Source of the DNA: a virus
Direction: 5' to 3' (one strand)
IMG/VR virus record: IMGVR_UViG_3300032315_000748
DNA: 64,000 bases
Shown: positions 16,265 to 22,371 of the stretch, in pieces
Layout of the letters: each line of letters starts with the position of its first letter
Numbering within the stretch: the stretch's first letter is position 1
Position numbers and translations under genes: made by a program
Notes under the pieces: generated by a model
The model's input: only the letters and a program-made list of their open reading frames with translations
What the model was told of the DNA's origin: nothing
The model's database searches: none

Positions 16265-16301
16265 TTAGTATAATCTGTCTCACACGAGTCCAATGATACG
16301 G

Positions 16302-16360
16302 TGTGCCAGTGCTACAACTGGCACACTATATCTCCAAACCCCCTCAATCCGTGCTATGAT
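16302..16360 (+). promoter_or_regulatory. palindrome-promoter element copy 14 (inverted spacer)
   Basis: TGTGCCAG-TGCTACAA-CTGGCACA; TATGAT 16355-16360. Confidence 0.85.
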
Positions 16361-16383
16361 TACGGAGTAATCAAGACAAAACG

Positions 16384-16659
16384 ATGAAGTTTCAAGTTAC
16401 TCAAATTGAGTTTGACTTTGACAACTCTTGCCCGTATTGTGGTGGGGATTGTTACAACGATCACGACAATGCTTGTGATGGTTTTCTTGGTGATATTGAC
16501 CATTTAGTTCAACAAAAGCAACAAACTGTTGATGAAACTATCTCCCAAATCTGGGAGGTTGATGATGAAGAGCATCTGGTAGATAAAATTAGTGACGAAA
16601 CTGGTTGGTGTATCAAGTCCATTTATTATACTGTCTTTATTCCCGGCGTTTATTCCTAG
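16384..16659 (+). CDS. hypothetical protein with Cys cluster
   Basis: IEFDF...CPYCGGDC......C...WEVDDE...TGWCIKSI. Confidence 0.7.
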   Translation: MKFQVTQIEFDFDNSCPYCGGDCYNDHDNACDGFLGDIDHLVQQKQQTVDETISQIWEVDDEEHLVDKISDETGWCIKSIYYTVFIPGVYS

Positions 16660-16684
16660 TCCTACAAACAAACAACAAAAACCG

Positions 16685-16849
16685 ATGACAACTTTCAATT
16701 ACACCGTTGCTCTCTATCGTTTTGCTTATGGTGTAGTTAGTATGTCCGAACAAGACAACATTCGGTATAGTTATGGTGAGTGCCTTGATTGTAACATTGG
16801 AATTGATATTTTTTATGATAATGTAAATCGTGCCCTGTGTGCCCTCTAA
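16685..16849 (+). CDS. hypothetical protein
   Basis: Start at MTTFNY after AC-rich leader. Confidence 0.55.
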   Translation: MTTFNYTVALYRFAYGVVSMSEQDNIRYSYGECLDCNIGIDIFYDNVNRALCAL

Positions 16850-16888
16850 TTCTTTCACATTCATTACAACAAACCAACAAACAAACAA

Positions 16889-17191
16889 ATGTCTTATTCT
16901 GAAAAGTACCAGCAACTGGAAAATCAAATTCAAGAACTTCAAAATGAAGTAAAACGTCTCAAAAAAGAAGAAGCAGACAATAGACTTCCTGGTGGCTTTA
17001 ATATTGATTATGTTAAGAAAGTAATTGCTGGTGATACTGATTACCTTGATGATGCCTTTGATTTTTCTGGTACTCCGCAAGGTTATGATTATTGGGGGGA
17101 CATCTATAATGAGATTGAACCACTTCGTAAGAAAGACATCATTCAACTTCAAAAATGGGTGATTATCTATCTGGAACAAAATCAAAAGTAA
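16889..17191 (+). CDS. coiled-coil/TPQG-DYW family protein, paralog 1
   Basis: KYQQLENQIQELQ...AFDFSGTPQGYDYW...IIQLQKWVIIYLEQNQK. Confidence 0.75.
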   Translation: MSYSEKYQQLENQIQELQNEVKRLKKEEADNRLPGGFNIDYVKKVIAGDTDYLDDAFDFSGTPQGYDYWGDIYNEIEPLRKKDIIQLQKWVIIYLEQNQK

Positions 17192-17233
17192 ATCATAATT
17201 CTTACTCATTCAAAACACATTACAAACAACTTT

Positions 17234-17434
17234 ATGAACTCCGACAAGCAACGCAATTCTCAAATTGAAGTCTCGGTTGATTATATGAATGGCCAAGTTC
17301 TTCATCTCATTAACAACGATCAAGCAGAAAATGCGAAAGCAATTCTTATGGAATGGGAAGAATTGATTACACGAGAAGATGATGGTGATAATGTTACAGT
17401 CATTTGGATGAAGAATCTAGCAGGGTCTTGCTGA
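17234..17434 (+). CDS. hypothetical protein
   Basis: 66-aa ORF. Confidence 0.65.
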   Translation: MNSDKQRNSQIEVSVDYMNGQVLHLINNDQAENAKAILMEWEELITREDDGDNVTVIWMKNLAGSC

Positions 17435-17448
17435 GTCCAATGATGCGA

Positions 17449-17506
17449 TGTGCCAGTTGTAGCACTGGCACAGTAAATGAGCACAGACCTGAAAATGTGG
17501 TATTCT
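17449..17506 (+). promoter_or_regulatory. palindrome-promoter element copy 15 (leader-hairpin subtype)
   Basis: TGTGCCAG-TTGTAGCA-CTGGCACA; TGg-TATTCT 17498-17506; hairpin 17513-17535. Confidence 0.85.
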
Positions 17507-17572
17507 TAAGGAGTGGAGGGAGGACGGCCTTCCGCATTGTTTAGTTCTCAAACAAATCTTCATTTTTTCATC

Positions 17573-17848
17573 ATGCACCCCGACGATTTTTACGGCAACA
17601 GCAATAACAAAAGCAACACCAAAGAACTTCCTTCTGAGATTGATACTTTGGATGATGCGATTGCTTATCTGCAAAAAGCACGGCAGACTATGGGTGGAAA
17701 TACTAAGTTTCGTGTGGTGGATAATAGCTATACGAAGGAATGGGATGAGTATCAGTTTGTTATTGATGTGATACTCACTGGTAATAAGTCTCTGATGGCA
17801 AAGTCTCGTAGTGGTAATAACGAAGACTACGTTCTGTTTGTCTACTAA
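17573..17848 (+). CDS. hypothetical protein
   Basis: Start at MHPDDFYG. Confidence 0.65.
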   Translation: MHPDDFYGNSNNKSNTKELPSEIDTLDDAIAYLQKARQTMGGNTKFRVVDNSYTKEWDEYQFVIDVILTGNKSLMAKSRSGNNEDYVLFVY

Positions 17849-17874
17849 ACTTCTTACTGAGTCCAATGATGTAA

Positions 17875-17933
17875 TGTGCCAGTAATCCTTCTGGCACATT
17901 ACACTCCCAAACGACCCTAGGACCTGCTATAAT
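17875..17933 (+). promoter_or_regulatory. palindrome-promoter element copy 16
   Basis: GTAATGTGCCAG-TAATCCTT-CTGGCACATTAC (12-bp arms, 17871-17902); TATAAT 17928-17933. Confidence 0.85.
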
Positions 17934-17962
17934 AAGAGGACACAAGTAAAGAAAAGCACCTG

Positions 17963-18136
17963 ATGACAACTGCACAAAAACTAGAAAAAGCATTTCTTCT
18001 AAATGTGTTTGCTCTGGTGAATGAAGTTCAAGGTAAGCACAAACTTCCTTCGCAGTTTCATTCTAATCGTAAATCAACTTGGGTGAAGCAAAATCACAAT
18101 CCCAAGCAAAAAAAAGATGCTCTTTCCCGTGTTTGA
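17963..18136 (+). CDS. hypothetical protein (57 aa)
   Basis: Manually translated MTTAQKLEKAFLLNVF... Confidence 0.6.
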   Translation: MTTAQKLEKAFLLNVFALVNEVQGKHKLPSQFHSNRKSTWVKQNHNPKQKKDALSRV

Positions 18137-18201
18137 ACTCAATGAGTAAACTTCTTGATCAAATTGAACAAAACGTAATTAAACAATCGCAATTCAAAAC
18201 T

Positions 18202-18405
18202 ATGTCTTCTTCCTCTTCTTCATCTTCTGGTGGTGTCAGTTTCACTGGTTTGCTGACCGTATTGTTTATCGGTCTAAAACTCACTGGTCATATTACTTGG
18301 CCTTGGATATGGGTATTGTCTCCCATCTGGATTAGTGCTCTGATTGGTATTGCTATCCTTACCATTCTTCTTATTGTTGCTATTGTTGCTGGAGTCTTCA
18401 AATGA
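18202..18405 (+). CDS. conserved phage membrane protein
   Basis: poly-S, GGVSFTGLLTVLFIGLKLTGHITWPWIWVLSPIWI motif; start could be 18142. Confidence 0.75.
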   Translation: MSSSSSSSSGGVSFTGLLTVLFIGLKLTGHITWPWIWVLSPIWISALIGIAILTILLIVAIVAGVFK

Positions 18406-18677
18406 ACTTCTCTGATCTCAATTTTCAACCCCATCCTGTTGCTGCTGGTGGTGTTCAGGCAAAACACTTCTTTGATAATGGTTATGGTATTAGTGTTGTA
18501 AAGTTTAAGGGTTCTTATGGTTATGAACAAGGTCTGTATGAGAGTGCAGTTCTCAAAGGAACCGAAGAAAATTGGCACATCTGCTATGATAGTGTAATCA
18601 CTGATGATGTTCTAGGTTATCAAACCGAAGAAGAAGTTGAAGTCCTATTATACGAAATTGAGAATATCTATATCTAA
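18402..18677 (+). CDS. conserved phage hypothetical protein
   Basis: FDNGYGISVV...SYG...GLYE.AVL...ITDDVLGYQT motif. Confidence 0.75.
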   Translation: MNFSDLNFQPHPVAAGGVQAKHFFDNGYGISVVKFKGSYGYEQGLYESAVLKGTEENWHICYDSVITDDVLGYQTEEEVEVLLYEIENIYI

Positions 18678-18715
18678 AAACTAAATCCCCACATTAACAA
18701 CACAACAAAACTGAA

Positions 18716-19012
18716 ATGACAAAGTATCAAGAACTTGAGAATCAGATTCAAGAACTTCAAGCAGAAGTTGAAAGACTGAAGCAAGAAGAAGCAAGCAATA
18801 AACTTCCTAATCTCTTTAAGATTGATGTTGTAAAAAAACTACTTGATACTGGTAATATTGATATCATTGAGTATGCCTTTGATTGGTCTGATACTCCACA
18901 AGATTATGGATATTGGTATAGCATCTTTTGTTCGAATGAACCACTAACTGATAAGGTCATCATTCAACTTCAAAAATGGGTGATTATCTATCTGGAACAA
19001 AATCAAAAGTAA
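18716..19012 (+). CDS. coiled-coil/TPQG-DYW family protein, paralog 2
   Basis: Same N- and C-terminal motifs as 16889 ORF. Confidence 0.75.
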   Translation: MTKYQELENQIQELQAEVERLKQEEASNKLPNLFKIDVVKKLLDTGNIDIIEYAFDWSDTPQDYGYWYSIFCSNEPLTDKVIIQLQKWVIIYLEQNQK

Positions 19013-19041
19013 TTTTATCTCTTTCTACACAAACAAAACAA

Positions 19042-19509
19042 ATGAAAAAGTACGAACAACTGGAATCTCAGATTCAAGAACTTCAAGCAGAAGTTGAAAG
19101 ACTGAAACAAGAAGAAAAGGCAGAACAAATTGATCTTTCAACTTGTATTGTGGGACAATTAGTTCAACTTCGCAATGGTGAGTTTGCTTGTTTTCAACGT
19201 AAGGATGGTGCATTTTATGTTGTTGGAGTTCTTACTTATGAAAAAGATGGAAGACAGCATAACTACGCTCTTGAAAGAGATTATGATGTAGTGAAAGTCT
19301 TTCCTGCCGAGATTCCGGTTCCCGATTCATTTAGCGTTTGTTGGTCCAAAGAAGTTCTAAAAGGACGTATTTCTTATCTTAATGCAGCATTTCATTTTGC
19401 TCAAACTCCGCAAGGAGACCAGTATTGGAGAGATATTTACACTGGTAAAACTAATCTCTCTTTTGGTGATATTATTCTTATTCAGAAGTGGATCATTCAA
19501 TCACTCTGA
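19042..19509 (+). CDS. coiled-coil/TPQG-DYW family protein, paralog 3 with inserted domain
   Basis: MKKYEQLESQIQELQ...; inserted IDLSTC..GQLVQLRNG domain; AFHFAQTPQGDQYW. Confidence 0.75.
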   Translation: MKKYEQLESQIQELQAEVERLKQEEKAEQIDLSTCIVGQLVQLRNGEFACFQRKDGAFYVVGVLTYEKDGRQHNYALERDYDVVKVFPAEIPVPDSFSVCWSKEVLKGRISYLNAAFHFAQTPQGDQYWRDIYTGKTNLSFGDIILIQKWIIQSL

Positions 19510-19561
19510 ACGGTTAGCATACCCATCAGGGATGCTGATAGGTAGAAGAACCGTAGACCCC

Positions 19562-19590
19562 TTGACAACCACCCCAAAACGTGCTATGAT
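19562..19590 (+). promoter_or_regulatory. canonical sigma70 early promoter related to the element family
   Basis: TTGACA, 17 bp, TATGAT with TG extension; shares CCCCAAAACGTG spacer and AAGGGGACA leader but has no intact palindrome. Confidence 0.8.
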
Positions 19591-19613
19591 AAGGGGACAG
19601 ACAAACAAAGGAA

Positions 19614-19787
19614 ATGAGTGAGTTTCAAAAAATCATTCAAGAAGCAAACTTTCAATCAAACTCAAAGAACCAATTTATTCAAGAACTTTTGAAAGATAAA
19701 GTGTTCTGTTTATTGATGATTGAATCTTGTTTGATTGGATTTGTAGAGGGTGTGGTAGAAGCTATATTTCCTGATAAAGATAACTAA
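19614..19787 (+). CDS. hypothetical protein (57 aa)
   Basis: AAGGA SD; manually translated. Confidence 0.55.
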   Translation: MSEFQKIIQEANFQSNSKNQFIQELLKDKVFCLLMIESCLIGFVEGVVEAIFPDKDN

Positions 19788-19812
19788 CTCACTCTTACTC
19801 ACTCAAAACAAA

Positions 19813-19941
19813 ATGACAACTCGTTTCACCTACGACATTCAAACTCAACAACTTGTTTATGCTATTGTTGATAAAGATGGTGTTTGTAAGTATCTGACTA
19901 CTTCCATCACTGATGCTATCAAACTCACTCAACTAAACTGA
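19813..19941 (+). CDS. hypothetical protein (42 aa)
   Basis: MTTRFTYDIQTQQLVYAIV... Confidence 0.55.
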   Translation: MTTRFTYDIQTQQLVYAIVDKDGVCKYLTTSITDAIKLTQLN

Positions 19942-19944
19942 GAA

Positions 19945-20241
19945 ATGACTATTACCGCAAACGAACTTCTTCAACTCCTTCGTAAAGTTATAAACCTTGG
20001 TTATACTTATGATGTGTCCGAAGAAGATGTATATGGTGGTTATAACATTGTAATTCGGTATTGGGATAAAAGAAAAACGACTGTAAAACTTTATATTAGT
20101 AAGTACTCTAATAGATATGCTGAATTCAATGAAGTGATGGAAGAGTTAGATAAACAACTAAACGCAAGGGTGATTGATAAAGAGAAAGAAGAACGATTCA
20201 AACAGTATCTGAAACTAAAAGAGGAGTTTGTAAATGACTGA
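19945..20241 (+). CDS. hypothetical protein
   Basis: 98-aa ORF. Confidence 0.7.
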   Translation: MTITANELLQLLRKVINLGYTYDVSEEDVYGGYNIVIRYWDKRKTTVKLYISKYSNRYAEFNEVMEELDKQLNARVIDKEKEERFKQYLKLKEEFVND

Positions 20242-20431
20242 CGAACAAACCCTAAAAAATGTAAAAGAATACTGGATTAACAAATTATCTACAATAAGTC
20301 CTTCTTATGATTTTGAATCTTATATGTATCAATTATTTCTTAGATTTGCATCTTTAGAAGAACTAGAAGGAAACTATGTTCTTTACAGCACACTCAAGAA
20401 AATTGATGCTTATACTGAATACAACACATAA
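20234..20431 (+). CDS. hypothetical protein
   Basis: 65-aa ORF. Confidence 0.6.
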   Translation: MTDEQTLKNVKEYWINKLSTISPSYDFESYMYQLFLRFASLEELEGNYVLYSTLKKIDAYTEYNT

Positions 20432-20456
20432 ACATAACTCACTCAACTAAACTGAA

Positions 20457-20654
20457 ATGATTTTACTTTACAAAGAAGACCAAGGCGTTGTTTATACTCT
20501 TGATGAGTTCAATGAGTTATTGTATGCTCCTATCTACACTGATAACACAATCAATCTAAATGAGTTTGATGTTGTGAAAGATGTGGATGGAAATGATGAA
20601 CTTGAAGAAATTCAAGATGACTTGATTTATATGACTGATTCTCAAGGATTATGA
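20457..20654 (+). CDS. acidic hypothetical protein
   Basis: 65-aa D/E-rich ORF. Confidence 0.65.
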   Translation: MILLYKEDQGVVYTLDEFNELLYAPIYTDNTINLNEFDVVKDVDGNDELEEIQDDLIYMTDSQGL

Positions 20655-20839
20655 TTACTATGCGTCTCACTTCTAACTATGGTTTCATTCATACCCCTTT
20701 ATTCTATGTTGGATGGAGTCATTGTCAGTCACAAGATGAAGAACAATTTGGTTTTTCTATTGGTAATTTGTATGTTGGAGTATATAATCATAAGTGGTTT
20801 GGTGGTATTTTGAATGAATATGGTGTATTAGATAATTAA
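20651..20839 (+). CDS. hypothetical protein
   Basis: 62-aa ORF, last of early region. Confidence 0.6.
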   Translation: MITMRLTSNYGFIHTPLFYVGWSHCQSQDEEQFGFSIGNLYVGVYNHKWFGGILNEYGVLDN

Positions 20840-20895
20840 ATTAAATGTATTAAAAAACATTATGTGTTGATTTGTTAATGATTTGTTAATTGTAT

Positions 20896-20999
20896 CTTTA
20901 TGTGTTAATGAGTTCTTTTATCTGTTAATGCTTGATTGAACCTTCTACTTTATGTGTTAATGAGTTCTTTTATCTGTTAATGCTTGATTGAACCTTCTA
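20896..20999. repeat. perfect 52-bp tandem duplication within a TGTTAAT-rich tract
   Basis: CTTTATGTGTTAATGAGTTCTTTTATCTGTTAATGCTTGATTGAACCTTCTA x2; TGTTAAT at 20873, 20884, 20903, 20923, 20955, 20975. Confidence 0.95.
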
Positions 21000-21023
21000 C
21001 TTTTTATGGGTCTAAGCCAGATA

Positions 21024-21052
21024 ATTATAACACAAACCATCTAAAAAGTCAA
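21024..21052 (-). promoter_or_regulatory. leftward sigma70 promoter
   Basis: Minus strand TTGACT (21052-21047), 17 bp, TGt-TATAAT (21029-21024). Confidence 0.8.
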
Positions 21053-21058
21053 GTATTT

Positions 21059-21117
21059 CCAGACACTTGAACAACTGGCACAAGGCATCAACATTATATT
21101 CTGGGGTGTGTTATAGT
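21059..21117 (+). promoter_or_regulatory. palindrome-promoter element copy 17 (no downstream ORF)
   Basis: CCAGACAC-TTGAACAA-CTGGCACA 21059-21082; TGt-TATAGT 21109-21117. Confidence 0.7.
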
Positions 21118-21154
21118 ATAAGGGGAACGATTCTCTATAGGGGGAACTGATAGG

Positions 21155-21317
21155 TTTTCCACAGGTTATAAGAAATAGTTTTCCACAGGCAATTTACAAA
21201 TCCCAGTGATTGTAAGGGTTTATGATTTTTACCCTGTGGAAAACTTTTATACTTTTTCCACAGGTTATCATAAAGTTGTGGAAAACTTTTATACTTTTTC
21301 CACAACCCTGTGAAAAA
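21155..21317. promoter_or_regulatory. cluster of 7 DnaA boxes (cyanobacterial-type TTTTCCACA)
   Basis: TTTTCCACA at 21155, 21179, 21254, 21296; TGTGGAAAA at 21235, 21277; TGTGAAAAA at 21309. Confidence 0.8.
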
Positions 21318-21404
21318 CTATCATAAGAACATCTAATTCGTGATATCAAACACTTCGTGTATTCCTATACTATCAGTTATTCTTATAACTTTTCGTCTTT
21401 TACA

Positions 21405-21765
21405 TACCTGGGGATATGTTTCGTGTATTAGAATAAAGCAGTACTAAATGGTTCTTAATAAGCACCACTGTTTGATACTTAACAAACAGTAAAGTATAAT
21501 CAGCATGGATTTCGTCTATTCTATTATACTTTGCAACTTCGTCAATACTATAAAGTATTAGACAGTGCTTCGTGATATATTATAGCTTACTCCTTCGTTT
21601 ATACAGTGAGGATAATGTTCTTAAATATCATATACCTGGGGATATGTTTCGTTTATTAGAATAAAGCAGTACTAAATGGACAGTTATATCGTCGTCTTCG
21701 TTATAGCGTACCTGGGGATATGTTTCGTTTATTAGAATAAAGCAGTACTAAATGGACAGTTATAT
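21405..21765. repeat. three 47-57-bp direct repeats
   Basis: TACCTGGGGATATGTTTCGT(G/T)TATTAGAATAAAGCAGTACTAAATGG at 21405, 21633, 21709. Confidence 0.95.
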
Positions 21766-22014
21766 TGGGGCGGTTTGTGTTATATTATATCCCCGATGCC
21801 CGCCCATAAGGCGTAAACCCCTAAAAGCTAATTTAAAGGGTCCCTGTAACCTACAAAACTTTGAAAACGCTCGAACATATACACGTCAATTAAAAAAAAT
21901 TCCCAGATTTTAAAATTTCCACACAGGTTCGCCCAATGAATAAAAAAATTTCCCAGAAAAAAACACTCACAAAAGGACAAAAACACTATATAAAAAGAAA
22001 CACACATTTCAAAT

Positions 22015-22167
22015 ATGAAACTGGAATTTGACGATTACGAAAAAGATCTATTACTGGAAACAATTCAGCATAGATTATACACAGATAAAATATTAGTGAT
22101 TAATAATACTCTTAGAGAAGAAATTGAAGATCTTCTCAGAAAAGTAGAAGAAGATGAATACTTATAA
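22015..22167 (+). CDS. hypothetical protein (50 aa)
   Basis: MKLEFDDYEKDLLLETIQHRL... Confidence 0.55.
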   Translation: MKLEFDDYEKDLLLETIQHRLYTDKILVINNTLREEIEDLLRKVEEDEYL

Positions 22168-22324
22168 TATTTCAGTCAAAGGCACGAATATTATAAGTCA
22201 ATTACCTCAGAGTGATTTGCAGGAAAATCTGAAACTTATCAGGGGACTTGTATGGACTTCTGGGGGCAATGATAATGACATCAAGATCACTCTAAATAAA
22301 ACAGAACCACCTTGCAATAAATGA
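22154..22324 (+). CDS. hypothetical protein (56 aa)
   Basis: MNTYNISVKG...; overlaps previous ORF. Confidence 0.55.
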   Translation: MNTYNISVKGTNIISQLPQSDLQENLKLIRGLVWTSGGNDNDIKITLNKTEPPCNK

Positions 22325-22340
22325 GTTGTGGTGGTAGAAT
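22312..22340 (+). promoter_or_regulatory. sigma70-type promoter
   Basis: TTGCAA, 17 bp, TGg-TAGAAT. Confidence 0.65.
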
Positions 22341-22371
22341 AATAAAGGTACTATTTTAAAATTTTATACTT

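Noticed and set aside
332-17933. Palindromic repeats as a CRISPR array or integron attC sites
   Set aside because: Copies are separated by 0.26-2.6 kb of whole genes and are degenerate. They lack the GTTRRRY/RYYYAAC ends of attC, and no cas or intI gene is in the window.
223-17993. Minus-strand ORFs with similar 'SSYYSR...VP.LQ.AH' or 'LIIAG...CQCYNWH' peptides (223, 12882, 12923, 13592, 14962, 17417, 17775)
   Set aside because: They are antisense translations of the repeated promoter element, not a protein family.
21405-21765. Three direct repeats as a mini-CRISPR
   Set aside because: Repeats are 47-57 bp with very unequal gaps (about 180 and 19 bp) and little dyad symmetry.
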